A stretch of DNA of 64,000 nucleotides from Trichoplax sp. H2 (lineage: Eukaryota): the NCBI GenBank assembly GCA_003344405.1, contig NOWV01000203.1, forward strand, positions 1 through 64,000, written 5' to 3'. Numbering within the stretch: position 1 is the first letter of the stretch; every line of letters starts with the position of its first letter. The position numbers and the translations under genes were made by a program. The notes beneath the pieces are model-generated. The model did no database searches. It was not told the DNA's origin and saw only the letters and a program-made list of their open reading frames with translations. This document shows positions 1 through 13,465 of this stretch, in pieces.

Positions 1-875
1 TTACTTGCGCGAGGATGAAGTGATGTCAAAGGTAACGCGTATTGCTTATGTAAATCATTCCTGCATTTAGAACACGAATTAATTCGATCGATTTTTTTTA
101 ATACGAGCTCAGCCTTTTTCCTTTCAGATTTTGCCAACGTAAATCGTAAACTATCAGGTAGAAAAAGTAGTATACAATAGCCAAGTAATGTGGGTGTTGT
201 AACGATGAGAAGATAAAGACGCCAACTCGAAAAATAAATCCCTCCTATTTTGTAAAATGGATGAGGCAATGTAAATAACGCAACAGTCGAGCTAAGTAAA
301 CTCTCGAAGATTAGAAATGAAATTATACATGCACCAGCGATCCCTCTATACTGTCGAGGGAAAAATTCCATTAAATAATTGAAGATAGTTGCTATTAGAC
401 CTGCGTTTGAGCATCCTATTATTGCTGCCAAAATCACTAGCATGTTATAGTTATAAGCAAATGCAGAGAGTAGCATAGCTATTAAATTGATCGTCATAGA
501 GAAAAGAAGAATTTTTCTTCTACCGTAAGCATCAGCCAATCTGCCAAGTACACCAACACTAAGAGTCATGCCGATCATCATCGATAGACTTAACCATCCC
601 CTGTTACTTATATTGATATCTAAATCACAAGCAGAAATAATAATGTATCCCATTGCTTGAAAGTAGACATTATATCCTCCATAGCAAAGACCGCACGATA
701 AAACAACCAAATAGTGAAATAATCCGACGTCTATGTTTTCTACGATATCATCGATACTTGACATTAAATCATTCGAATCAATGGTACAATCTGAACCGGC
801 GTTTTCATCAATATCACTTATTAAAGCCGTTTCTTCACCGTCTTCTCTCTCATCGAATTGATTCTCGATCGTCAT
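1..875 (-). CDS. SV2/SVOP-like MFS transporter, copy A (5' part; runs off the window start)
   Basis: Hand translation from ATG at 875 gives MTIENQFDEREDGEETALISDIDENAGSDCTIDSNDLMSSIDDIVENIDVGLFHYLVVLSCGLCYGGY..., paralogous to the full copies. The frame is still open at position 3, which explains its absence from the ORF track. Confidence 0.9.
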   Translation of the reverse strand, partial: MTIENQFDEREDGEETALISDIDENAGSDCTIDSNDLMSSIDDIVENIDVGLFHYLVVLSCGLCYGGYNVYFQAMGYIIISACDLDINISNRGWLSLSMMIGMTLSVGVLGRLADAYGRRKILLFSMTINLIAMLLSAFAYNYNMLVILAAIIGCSNAGLIATIFNYLMEFFPRQYRGIAGACIISFLIFESLLSSTVALFTLPHPFYKIGGIYFSSWRLYLLIVTTPTLLGYCILLFLPDSLRFTLAKSERKKAELVLKKIDRINSCSKCRNDLHKQYALPLTSLHPRAS

Positions 876-1329
876 ATTTGTCGATAGCAAGATAACATCA
901 ACAGCTATAGAATTGTATTGATTAAATTAGTCAAAAAATAAGACACGGAACAGATACACAGCTTACGATCACCATCCTTAGTCGCACGATTTTTACTTTT
1001 TAGATTTAATCAATGTTCTTTTCCAATAGCTGATACGACGATAAAGAATAATTAAATGTGACTATCATAGCTAAGATCTTGCAGATGGCACTATTGTCCA
1101 GAACTAGAATGAATATCGCGTAAATCAGAGAATTTCTTGCAAGGGTCAAAGTTACTTCTATCATGCAAAACACTTTGTAAAGATGTGTTAAAATCAATTA
1201 CGTTCTCCATGACAACATTCATGTCAATCACTTGTTAATCCCAAATGGATTTGTAATAGAATGAACACCAGCATTAAATCATATTTGCCGGATCGAAACT
1301 ATATGATTCATGATATAACGGTTCTATCG

Positions 1330-1995
1330 GCTTAGCAAAAGTAATTCAAATCTATTGTTAATTTATATAGGTTCCAACCTTGACGAGAATAAAGTTTGTC
1401 ACTCCCTTACGAATTGTAGGTTAGATCAAAGGAAGGAGAATTATTTTCCGCCTGATTTTCTAGTAAAATTCAGTAGCTCGTTATTTGATAAGGTAAGCAG
1501 GGAGGATCGTAGCAGCAAAACATTTATCAATTAATAAGACTATCATCGATAAATCTTAAACTCCCTACTGTTATAAACAAAAGAAACTGCTAATGTGTAA
1601 ATTAATCTTACTAATAATGATACCTCGATAATTTTTCATCTATCCTAATTCTTATCCTGTCTATTTAATATTCCATCACCAAGACTATAGTTTATCAAAT
1701 AAGATACTCCAACCCAACCCTTACTATTTCTATTAATTTCTAAACTGCACACTGAAACAGCTATGAAACCAATCGTTGGATAAAACAAATAACAGCCATC
1801 TATGCCAATTTCACAAGTTCTAATGATTGTACTATCTAATATAATAGTCCAACATCTGTGGCATCTTGTCGAAGCTACATGTTAAATTAATTGAATTGGT
1901 GACACTGTCTAAAGCATAAAGCTCTTCATTTGAGCTTGGCAAATTTGCTTTATCATCAACATTATCGTAGTCTTGATACCCTCTCTGAACGACAT
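1330..1995 (-). pseudogene. Decayed SV2-like MFS copy (N-terminal half)
   Basis: Frame-switching translation gives DYDNVDDKANLPSSNEELYALDSVTNSINLT and FYPTIGFIAVSVCSLEINRNSKGWVGVSY, matching EELY..S..SIDLT and ACDLDINRNNKGW in intact copies. Multiple stops and frameshifts; 3' limit approximate. Confidence 0.8.
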
Positions 1996-2190
1996 TGCTA
2001 ATGGTACTTCGAAATAAAATTATACTGTTCTAAAAGATATCAAAATCTATCATCAATTTACGGCTTACAACTAAATAATTTTTTTTTAAATTTACACCTT
2101 CAATCGAGAAGAGCGTTTTCGAATCTACAGTAATTTACACTCATAAAATTATATTTATTGTAGACATCACCGCCTTAGCCCCTAACATCA

Positions 2191-2318
2191 AAAATTACTT
2201 GTTGCAGTCTAACAACTATAAGAAAAATCACTAATACATGAAATCAACAACAAAATGCTCAAAAAATTACTCGTTGCAGTTTAGTTACTGTAAGAAAAGT
2301 CACTAACGCATGAAATTT
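2191..2318. repeat. Two-copy ~72 bp tandem duplication
   Basis: aaaattact(t/c)gttgcagt...taagaaaa(a/g)tcactaa..catgaaat occurs at ~2191 and ~2263. Confidence 0.75.
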
Positions 2319-4784
2319 GTTGGATTCAGTTAGGTCATGCATTTAATTCTTATGTGAATGATAGCCTTCAAAGATGAGCTCTACAATTAATAATAGCTTC
2401 TAAGTTGCTCTTTATTTGTATGCTATGGCTACTGTAGCAAACTATTTAAACAGCATTTTCTATTTCGTAACGAAAACTTTAAGACTATGGCTGATTAGAT
2501 TTCACGTATTTTTACCATGAATAATACTTATTGACGTTATTCTTACCTGTTATGGTATATCATGCGTCCCAGAGACTCATGATATACTTCTACGTAATAA
2601 AATTAAAAATTTTTTCGAGCTCAAACGTAAAATGCCTAAATGAATCGGTTTTCGTGGCTTAGCTATTTGTTAATCTGAATTCTGTAGCCATTAGTAAATC
2701 CTGATATTTATTTACAATATTTTAAAAATTAATTTTTGCAATTAGTACGTGATCCTATCGTGGCCATTATGCATAGAAATGTAACATTTTGCATGGATTT
2801 TTGAAAACTGTACACTTGGCAACATTAATGGTAATTTAAGCGTAAAATAATATTCTACTCATACTACTACATATATTATTAATTGTCTTACTACTAAGTC
2901 GTTATAATTATTGGCAGTTTTCGCTATACCGAAACTTGTAAATGGCTACGTCTAGAATATTAATAATTGCACCGTACTGAGGTGGTAATGAATTATAAGA
3001 GCGATCACTGTAATTATTTAATCGTTCTGACTAGTGTTAGTGTCTGAAAGTTCTAAGCGTATTTTGGCTAGCACATTAAAGTAATACTCCAGTAAGCGAA
3101 TCATCGAGTTAACTTTATGAGGAGGAATGAGCTGGTCTTCATCCATATAGATCCCTAAGACTTAATTGGAGATCTTAATCGATCCTAACAATCGATTTCA
3201 AAGAGCTTGGTTCCAGATGACAAAATTAGCTTTTAACAGTAACTTACCATCAAGAATCAACGGTAAATCACAACATACAGTAACAGTATCGACTTTGAAA
3301 AAAACTTTTCATACTGTAATTCATTGCATAAAATTACGCCATTGGTAAAGATTTTATTAAACACTATGCATCTACCATAAATCGGCATAAATTATTGGTG
3401 TAGTTTGATAACAGTATGAAAATAAACTATGCCTAAAATTATTAAGCTTCGATGACGCAATATATTTATTCCTACGAGAATTATAGATAGAAGAAAGTTA
3501 TCATTAAATAAACAATAGCCTGAATCTGTTTTTCATTCATATGGTAATGTTGCAATTAGTTTTATTTATAAGCTTAATATACTACCGTAATCGCGTTACA
3601 ACGTAATACTAATTTTAAATTACTACTGTAGCGAGTTGAAATCACTGCAACCATATGAATAAGCTATTTGTTGTAGCATTTGTATTTCATTAAAAAGGTT
3701 CTACTTTATCAATGTTTAGCTCTTGCACTTTCTAAGAAGAGTCATTAATAAGGCCATTAAAGAATCTAGAATACTTTATTTTGTCAAATATAAAATCATT
3801 ACAGACCACTTCCCATATGATGTATCGTATATATCGATATATCACAGCTATTATCGTACGGTTAGTCTCACGTTTCGATGATTTACCTGCAGATTTTATG
3901 CAATAGGATAATTTACCATATATTTTCGTCGAAATAATCCCTCATCACAGCATAAGTAAAATTAATATCGAATAAATAAGACCTATGGCCGATATTGCTT
4001 TCAACTGCTACAACCAAATTTTATTGAAAATATACGGAAACGTAATTAGACGCGATTATTTCTTATTATATAGATATTATCATACATTATGTTATCGAAC
4101 AAAATCGGTTCCAACAGTATCAAGGTCTGGAGTTTGGGTAAATTTTAATTGCATCTATTAGTTAATAAAGCGTAACTGCAATCGTTTATTTCTTTTTCTC
4201 AGTAATTCTATTACAGTCACCTTCGCTTTTGCTAATTTTCTTTGTTTATGAATCTTTTAATATTAATGTATTATAACTCTAACTTTAGAATGAATATATT
4301 ACAAGTTTGATAACATTACTAATTTACCGTTTCTAGAAAATGACAATCTCCTCTCTAGAGCTACAATTGTTACTGTTGCTGCCTAAAACACTTTAAAAGC
4401 ATCAATTATCCTTTTCAGTACTAACTATCTCTCGAACATCGAACCGCTAGAGTCAAAATGACAATATGGATGTCTGATCCTGTTAAATTTATTATTTCTA
4501 GAGTAGACCTTAATGACAACTTTGAATTCGTTAACACCTAAACGTATAGGTAGAAGTATATTCCATGATTTCTATCATAACCATTCCAAATTCCATTTGC
4601 TTAACCATATAACACAATTCAAAGTACGATAGTACTTATAAATGTTATTGCTCAAAATAACAAATTTTATTTGTCCAAAATCATTATAAAACAAGAAGAA
4701 TACACGTAATAATTTTGAAAATAGGTGTACGATAAGCCATATAATCTTCACCACCTAAATCAAGTTCTCTACTCTATCATCCAT

Positions 4785-6401
4785 TTATCCAATATCAGCA
4801 TTAGTTGTATCAGGTAGAAATAATGCTACAAATGCGCTTAGCAAGCAGAATGAAGAAAATATTGTAAAGGTAGCTATACAATTAGAATAAAATAGTGAAG
4901 AAAATATTATCATCCCTAGTATACCTCCAAAATATCCTATAAAACCGACAATACCAGCCGCAGTCGATCTGAATTCAGTACGAAACAATTCTGTAGTCCA
5001 AATTTTACAAGGTGTCCATCCATTAACCGTAATAGACGTGAAAATACATGCTAAGATCATGACACTTTGTGTATTATCGAATATTAACATCATTATAATA
5101 CTTAAGCCACTTATGGATACTAAAACGATGTATAACGCTTTACGGCCAACACGATTTATCAGTAAAAAGCATAAAATTGCAGTAGGTATTGATAGCAGAT
5201 TACCAATCAAAACATTTAGTACGACAGATTTTAAACTTTCGCCAGATTGACAATCAAAGTTAGTAGAATTCATAAAATGTGTTGCATTCCATGATAAATG
5301 ATTATCTTTACTAGCATGATGATGCCAACATGTTTTACCACTTACATAATAAGCAGTGACTGTTGGAACCCATAGAATAAATCCCTGCTCGGTGAAACAA
5401 TATCCAAACCACATAATAATTAGTATCAGTAATCGTTTACGCCAAGGTTGCTTCATAAGTTTGCGAATATTATCCATAAAATCCTTATAGCTATCGTTTC
5501 TAACATTATCATAGATATTATTTAGTCGTACATCAAGATGATTTAATTGAAAATGAATTTCTTGATAGTAAGAATCACTAGCAGAGTTAAAGCAAGAGTT
5601 AATTTGATTAATTTTATTTAACACATTTCTTATGCCCTTTCTGTCATTGTTAGCTAAAACAAATCGTAAACTATTGGGCATGCATAAAAGTATACATAAA
5701 CTTAATAAGGTGGGAATAGTTCCAATCAGAAGATAAAGTCGCCAACTTGTAAAGTATATGGCACCCATAGGGATATAAAATGAGCGCGGTAAAACAACTA
5801 GGGCAATAATACTTCCAACTGTTGTTCCAAGCGTGATAAATGTAGATAAAACTGCTCCAGCTCTACCCCTATGGCGTCGAGGAAAAAATTCTGTAACATA
5901 AGGATAGACTGTCGTACTAACACCAGCACAGCCTAGGCTAAAAGCGCCAGTCATAATTACAAACATGACGTAGTTATAAGCAAATACACATCCTAATATA
6001 CTAATCCAATTGATTAGTAAGCAGAGAACGAGAATTTTTCGTCTTCCGTAAGTATCCGCTAATTTGCCAAATATACCAAAGCCTACAGTAATGCCTATCA
6101 TAAAAGTCAGACCTACCCAACCTTTATTATTTCGGTTAATATCTAAATCGCATGCTGCCACTACTATAAAGCCTAATGATTGAAAAAGCAAGGAATATCC
6201 ACCGTAGCCAAGCCCACACACTATAGTAATTACATAATGAAATAATCTAATATCGAAAGCATCTACAATCTCATCTATCTTGGATGTTAAATCGATCGAA
6301 TCGGTCGAGTAATCTGAACTATAAAGTTCTTCATGTTGGTCCATCAACACCGTTTTTTCATCATTATCGTCGCTTGATAAAAGCGACTTCTCAGTAACCA
6401 T
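4785..6401 (-). CDS. SV2/SVOP-like MFS transporter, copy B (538 aa, single exon)
   Basis: Acidic N-terminus, ~12 hydrophobic segments, MFS motif A FGKLADTYGRRK, EFFPRRHRGR, TSWRLYL, INRVGRK, TELFRTEFRST, terminal LPDT. Confidence 0.92.
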   Translation of the reverse strand: MVTEKSLLSSDDNDEKTVLMDQHEELYSSDYSTDSIDLTSKIDEIVDAFDIRLFHYVITIVCGLGYGGYSLLFQSLGFIVVAACDLDINRNNKGWVGLTFMIGITVGFGIFGKLADTYGRRKILVLCLLINWISILGCVFAYNYVMFVIMTGAFSLGCAGVSTTVYPYVTEFFPRRHRGRAGAVLSTFITLGTTVGSIIALVVLPRSFYIPMGAIYFTSWRLYLLIGTIPTLLSLCILLCMPNSLRFVLANNDRKGIRNVLNKINQINSCFNSASDSYYQEIHFQLNHLDVRLNNIYDNVRNDSYKDFMDNIRKLMKQPWRKRLLILIIMWFGYCFTEQGFILWVPTVTAYYVSGKTCWHHHASKDNHLSWNATHFMNSTNFDCQSGESLKSVVLNVLIGNLLSIPTAILCFLLINRVGRKALYIVLVSISGLSIIMMLIFDNTQSVMILACIFTSITVNGWTPCKIWTTELFRTEFRSTAAGIVGFIGYFGGILGMIIFSSLFYSNCIATFTIFSSFCLLSAFVALFLPDTTNADIG

Positions 6402-9400
6402 AATTTAAAAATACTATAACATAAAATTCCAATCTTTTAGTAGAAAAATATGAAGCTTGAGCTACCTAATGATAATCTTACTTAAATATATTAGCTCTTT
6501 TAAATCCTTCGATGTTAAAGAGAGTAAAAATTTTTTCCTGATTTAATCCATTTCGATATAACAGCAATAGTAATATTTAACCTTTTAACTTATACTTAAC
6601 ATTGTTTATATAACAAAAAGCTTTTATGCTAACCTTGCAATTGTATAGGGATTCAATTAGACACTAAATCGTAAAGGTTCGATGATGAAATCAATCGATT
6701 CCTTGGAGAATTACTGCAGAAAAGTGTAATCGCGTCATGAACAATAGTCTAAAATTAACAAACTATCTTTGGGGTTTTCTGGTAGCGAACATGAGGTCGC
6801 TACCGGCGACTTCAAACTTATACATTATAGCTATCATACTGTTTTCCGATCACCATCATCATATATCAGAAGTAACTTTTCAATAGCTATCATTAGTTAT
6901 ACTTTTAACATAAAAGTTCAATGTTTTTAGCGGAAACATATAGTAATAATGAATTTATTAGTTTAAATAACATAACAGTTATTAAATTCAAACACTAGGA
7001 AATTAGGGAAAAACACCAGTTTATTTAGAATTTAGCAAACAACTTATAAAAATCAATTAAAAATTATAATAAGGGCAGAATTACTGCCTCAACCAATCAA
7101 ACTACCTACGTAAAATACGATCTACTTACGAATTTATGAAAATCCAAATCTTCATTTTCTATCTTGAACTAAGACTTGAACCACTTTTCTACTGAACTAT
7201 GCCACCTTTTAAATGCTATGCATAGCATTTGGTGGGATCAGACTATCAAATAACTATTCTAAAAGATCGGAACGTTTGGATTATACCGTATTCAATAACG
7301 AAGTGACATTATTTCTACTGCATTTTGTAATCAAAGTTGGCTACAATTTTTGTCATAGTTGAAGCATGAGTATTATACTGACTAAATATATCACATACTT
7401 TACAATCTAACATCGTGATATTCTTATCAAATTATGCTACAGAATATTCTTAAGTTCTAAACTGAATAAAGTAGTCGGATTTACAATATGTGTTACAATG
7501 CTTAGTTAAACCTACTATGGTTAAACCAAATTAAGTTATTTTTTAAGCTACAATACTTATTTAAATAATAAAAAAACTTGAAGGAGAATTTTTAAAATTA
7601 ATCTGCATTACAATATTTAGCGTAAGTAACTCCGTGATGTTCTCGCTTAAATATACAGTATCTATTAATGTTTAGATGTTGATGAGCGAAGAACTATATC
7701 ATTGTAGTGCATTAGTTCCACACCCCGTCATGTTGCTGACGAATCGTGAGCTCAACACTCTTTTAATAAACAAATATTATATAGATTGTAGTGTAACTCT
7801 AAAAAAATTCTTAAATACAGCTTATTGAGTTTAAAAGTTACATTCTTCGCTAATTTCTACAATCAAAGGCTATTGCATAGTCAAATATACTAGTATGTGT
7901 TGTATCTAATCCTACAATTTCGTTCTCAGCATGTGCATTAGCTGTAAAACTATCAATGCTAGCGATTTCGTTAGCTACAATAGTCACAATGTCAATATTT
8001 CTCACGTTACTTCATGACAGCATACATACTGCTATACGGTAAATATCTGACGCTATTAAAGTTTAATATAAAGTATCCTTTATCTACTAAACCCTCATGT
8101 ATTTCTCTACTTAGCAACTAAATCTGCTATTACTGACTCTTTGAATCTTCTAGCGTGTTCTTGACTTAATCCATTCTGATAGGACAATGTTACGAACGTT
8201 TAAGCTTCGATGAAAGAATCCATCTATTCCAGTGGGAATTGCCGAAGAATAAATATAGCTGCGTCATTATCTCTAGTTTAAAAGCTTGCTTTGCATTCAG
8301 ATATTAGCATAGTCAGAAATAAATTATCCCATATGACTTTTCTACTTCATAACCATGGCTTTGTACTATTCATGCTTCACTACCATATGCATATACGGTT
8401 GTTCTTACATGAAATGATAGCTATTACTCTAGACTAGTTATGCTTCACTTTTATACGATATACGAGTTTTTCTCACATGAAATAATTGCTACTACCATAG
8501 ACTATTCATACTTTACTTTTATACTGCAGTACAAAAGTATTATGGCTGACTCTTACCTTGCACTACTGTGTTATGTGGTATCGAGCATACAGCATGTTTC
8601 TGTAACTATACATTGGGTTTTCATTTAAGCCTTAATGGCTTAATGTAATTTTTTTCACTTTGATTTTATGAGAGTACTAAATGCCTATTGAAGCTATCTC
8701 TATATTATAAAATATGATTTCAAAGAGGTTCCGACTTTAAGGCAATTGCTCTACCGTGAGTAGCTATGTCAGTGATGAACTTCTGAAAAGCAGATTATGA
8801 TTCTGGTTGCGAGAGAATAATATTTTATCTCTACGGTAGACTAAAAGCCTTCAATAACGATTAATGATATACATTAACAATGGTGACTATAAATTTTAAA
8901 GTAGTTCAGTATCCAAAAAGCAATTGTTAAAGATAATCATTTGCCATATACTAATAAAAATGCTTCAAACGATGATATCTTATAACTATTAGAATATACT
9001 TCCTAGATAATTTTCCTTCAGTGCAATCAACTTTAATTAACAATTTATTAAGCAATAATAGGATTATCCAATAAAGACAGTACAAAGTGAAATTGTAAAA
9101 ACTGCCCTTCATTTTATAGTCTACAAGTTGTAGCAGTATAGTAGTAGGGCAGTGATGTCAATAAAACTCAAGATAAATGCTCAACCATGGCTGCATCATT
9201 ACTACTATATTATCAAATAGAAGAGTGTTGAATAGAATTGTTTAAAGAACTAGTTAGAAAATAAAACTTATATCATATTATGTAATTACAAGTTTGCGAT
9301 AAGCTCGTTAAGTACGTAAATACTAAAATTATCGTACAATGAAATTTTCTGATATTGATAAAATATATCTTACTAAATTAATGCTAAATGTCAAGCAAGA

Positions 9401-10803
9401 AAGTATTGAATTTCACTACACTAGATGGAGAGATTTTTTCACTCCAAAGAATAGCGTTTAAACTTAATAGGAATGCTTTGCCGACTAACTAGATGTCTTT
9501 GAAATCCTTACTATTTAATCGGTGTGCAAATTAAATTTTATTGCAACCTTATCTCCTTCTCCATACAAAAAATTAAACTCGGTTAATTTTATATCGTTTC
9601 TTTCTTTCCTACTATTGTATTTGTTGATTATTGCAGCGATTACTGCAGTGAAGACTTTGAAATGTTCCTAACAGAAAATTTTAAAAGATCAGAAGCAAGC
9701 TAGTAACAGCCAACTACATATTATAATCACAAATGCTATTAATGTATCGACAATTAACAGCCAAAAACAAAGTTTCTCAATAACACAACTGTCACAATTT
9801 CACTTCTGCGACAAGGTAACGTACAGTAAAAGTCTATAAGTAGCTACTGACTTAAACGCCCTTTTACTTAACGTTAAACACACAGCAAAAGACTGTAAAG
9901 ATGAAACTTTTATTAGCAAAGATATATCTACAACTTTTTACCGCCACTGAACTCAAACGTTCCCGTTTATATAGGAACCGTCTAATTTGTAAACAACAAC
10001 AGTATTATTGTTATTCCTTACTAGGAGAAATATCTCGAACTGAGATGTTCCTTACATAGCTTTTCTATCAGCAAATTTTTTGAATCTCTTACTCATACTC
10101 AATCTTAATCTAAGCTCGTAGGTTATCTAATTCAACTATCATCAATTAGAACTTGAATCATCTTACTGCTATCTGTCACACAATAACAATCCACATCAAG
10201 TATGTAATGAACTATTAAAAACAACATCCACGTTAAGGCATTACTTATCTTACCTAGCACTACAAATATGGATATTCTCCATACTAGCTACTACTGTACT
10301 TATTATATTATCCTAATGACAAGGTAACACCGTAACAGTAACTTGTTCGGATAATATTTCTATATCATTCCTTTTCAATGAATAGCTCAGGCTATACAAG
10401 ATAAATAAGAAAAGGAACATATCAAGGTTTATAACTCTTAGATAATTCATATCATAATCCAAGTCAAATAGTGGATTCCTTAGATCTCATTCAATCACGA
10501 ATGAGTTAAAGTCATAAAGTAAAGTAGATGAATTAGATTAAATGTTGTTGGTTCAAGGTAGCATTTAAATCCAATAAAAATGAAATTATTTAAGATTAGG
10601 ATTAAATTCTCTTCGTATCCACTTTTTTTTCGATTCTTCTCTACATGTTCTGTAGCTAGGAACAGCTATGTCTCTAATCAAGGTAATTCCTATTTTATTA
10701 AGCGTGCCGCTTTCAGTAGTTTGTAACTATCTTATCATTATAATTATTCTCATAAAATGTTGTCATTCTTTTCACGAAAATATCTTTATCACTTATTAGC
10801 TCA

Positions 10804-12423
10804 TTATCCAATGTCTAAGTTGGTAGTATCCGGTAGAAATAATGCTAGAAATGCGCTTAGAAAGCCAAGTGCGGAAAATATTGTATATGTAGCTATGCAA
10901 TTAGTATAAAATAACGCTGCAAATATTATCATGCCTAGTGCACCTCCTAAATGTCCATTTACACCTATGATGCCTTGGGCAGTTGCTCTAAATTCAGTAC
11001 GGAATAATTCTGTATTCCAAATTTTAAGCGGAGTCCACCCGTTAGTCATAATAGACGTAAAAATGCAAGCTAGGATGAGGACGCCCTGTAAATTGTCGAT
11101 TATCAATAATAATAAAATGCATAAACCACTCATAGACGCTAAAATAATGTATAATGCTTTCCGACCGATACGATTAATAAGTAGAACACATAAAATCGCG
11201 ATAGGTATGGATATTAAATGACCAAGAAAGATATTTAATATCACTGTTCTTATATTATTACCGCTTTGACAGTCCGAAGCGACATTTTGTGATGAATGTG
11301 TTGTATACCACGATAGATTGTTATTCTTGCCGCTATGATGATGATGCCAACATGTTTGGCCATTCACATAATAAGCAATAACTGTCGGTAACCAAATTGT
11401 AAGCCCTTGTTCTGCGACGTAATATCCGAGCTGTACCAAAGACATAAGCAATAACCGTTTACGCCAAGGTGGTTGCAGAAGTTCCCGAATATCTTGCAGA
11501 AAAGTATTTCCTTTATCATTTTCAATATTATCACTCATTTCTTCTATTGGTAAATTGCGATGGCCTACTTTACAATAAATAACTTGTTGATAGGAATCGA
11601 CTTCAGTCTTATAACAGCTATTAATTTGATTAATTTTATTTAATACGTCTCGAAGACCTTTCTTATCGTTCTTAGCTATTACAAATCGTAAACTTCTAGG
11701 CAAAAATAACAGTGCACAAAAACTCAATAAAGATGGAACAGAGTCTACAAGTAGATAAAGTCGCCAATTTGTAAAGTATATCGCGCCAATAGGGCTATAA
11801 AACGAATGAGGTAATATAACTAACGCGATAACAGAACCATAAATATTACCAAATATTAGAAATGACGATAAAACTGCAGCCGCTCTACCCCTATAACGAC
11901 GAGGAAAAAATTCTAACAGATAAGAATGAATAGCTGCAACAACAGCAGCATGAGTACTACCAACCAAGCCAAACATGATAACAAGCATTAGATAGTTATA
12001 AGCAAAAGCACTTGCTAACATTCCTATTAAATTTATTAGTAACGCGATGACGAGAATTTTTCGTCGGCCATAAACATCAGCTAATCTACCAAATATGCTA
12101 GCACCGATAGCAAGGCCGATCATATAAGCTAGACTTAGCCAACCTTTATTATTTCGATTAATGTCTAAATCGCATGCTGAAATAATAACAAAACCGATCG
12201 ATTGATAAAAGATAGAGTATCCACTATAGCCAAGTCCACATATTAAAGTGATAATATAATGGAATAATCCAATATCCAAAGAATCGACGATCTCATCTAT
12301 TCTGGATGATAAATCAATCGATTCAGTCGAGCAATCAGAAGTATAGAGTTCTTCATTTTGGCTCAATAAACGGGTTTTATCCTTGACATTATCGTTATCC
12401 CGAAATTGATTTTCAACCGCCAT
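10804..12423 (-). CDS. SV2/SVOP-like MFS transporter, copy C (539 aa, single exon)
   Basis: Same motifs: FGRLADVYGRRK, EFFPRRYRGR, TELFRTEFRAT; full-length uninterrupted ORF. Confidence 0.92.
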   Translation of the reverse strand: MAVENQFRDNDNVKDKTRLLSQNEELYTSDCSTESIDLSSRIDEIVDSLDIGLFHYIITLICGLGYSGYSIFYQSIGFVIISACDLDINRNNKGWLSLAYMIGLAIGASIFGRLADVYGRRKILVIALLINLIGMLASAFAYNYLMLVIMFGLVGSTHAAVVAAIHSYLLEFFPRRYRGRAAAVLSSFLIFGNIYGSVIALVILPHSFYSPIGAIYFTNWRLYLLVDSVPSLLSFCALLFLPRSLRFVIAKNDKKGLRDVLNKINQINSCYKTEVDSYQQVIYCKVGHRNLPIEEMSDNIENDKGNTFLQDIRELLQPPWRKRLLLMSLVQLGYYVAEQGLTIWLPTVIAYYVNGQTCWHHHHSGKNNNLSWYTTHSSQNVASDCQSGNNIRTVILNIFLGHLISIPIAILCVLLINRIGRKALYIILASMSGLCILLLLIIDNLQGVLILACIFTSIMTNGWTPLKIWNTELFRTEFRATAQGIIGVNGHLGGALGMIIFAALFYTNCIATYTIFSALGFLSAFLALFLPDTTNLDIG

Positions 12424-13465
12424 TACTGTAAATATTTTGTAGTAAAACTTGGCATTTTAACGGAAAATATCAATCTTGCTAACGAATTTTACTGTTTTTT
12501 TTAAGCGAATCGCCTAAAACTAAACGTCGAAGAGTCCAAAAAGAGAAATAAATGTCTAATAATTCGATTCGTACCGAAAAAATTGGACAATGTAACCGGG
12601 ATAGAGCGCAATGTGGCAATTCTCACGAGAATTGTTTTCTTTAATAAATACCTTAGGTGAGTTAATAATTAATACGGCTCAACAGTCACCGTATGTAACA
12701 ATGCTAGTAGAGAAACTAATTGGTTCAATTCATAATGTGAATGTCTAATGATCAATGATTAGCTTTGCTAAATCTCAAGAGGATAACAGTTGAGCATGAA
12801 TAATTTAGCGTTAGTAATCGTTACGTTGGGCAGCAGGTAGACTATGATTCTGATTAATTTTAGAGTCAATATCTAAAGTACTGATATTTACTAACGGCCA
12901 GTTATTCAGTACCCTAAAATCAGTCATCGTCAACAGAATTGTACTGATTGATCCTATCTAATTTTAACACAAAGGAATTAGCAATTTTGAGCTTATTAAT
13001 ATCGCTATTTTCGTGAATAACTTAGCAGCCACTACAGTTGTATTTTTATAGTATTGCTGCTTGTAGCATCACTTCCTATAACTAATCTAATTTTAGAAAT
13101 AAGTTGTAAATCATAGTATGGAACTATACATCTAATTTATATAAGGCTCGAAATTTAATTTATTTGAGGATTCTTAGATTTAAAATATGCCACAAAAGCA
13201 CTTTATTTCAACATTAAAGAATGAATTATATAATTAGCATTGGCAATAGAACTCTATTTTTCACCATCAAATATAAAATTATTATTATTAACAGGTAAAA
13301 AACATTACATAACTTCGGAAACGTTAAATTTTGATATACTTAATATCAGCTTTAAATATAAATTACGGGATAATTACAAGACCATCCTAAAACGAAACTT
13401 GGCTAATATTAGCTAATATACCGAATTCCGAAGTTGTAATAAGTATTGCCTTATTTCCTATGAAA
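12424..13465. repeat. ~1 kb 5' flank of copy C, duplicated as the 5' flank of copy D (15600-16760)
   Basis: Colinear shared blocks: atatcaatcttgctaacgaa, cgggatagagcgcaa, caattcataatgtgaatgtct, tttagaaataagttgtaaat, aagtattgccttattt. Confidence 0.85.

Noticed and set aside
6781..6804. 8-bp hairpin GGTAGCGA-N8-TCGCTACC upstream of copy B
   Set aside because: Single occurrence, not seen upstream of other copies and lacking a Helitron-type CTRR end
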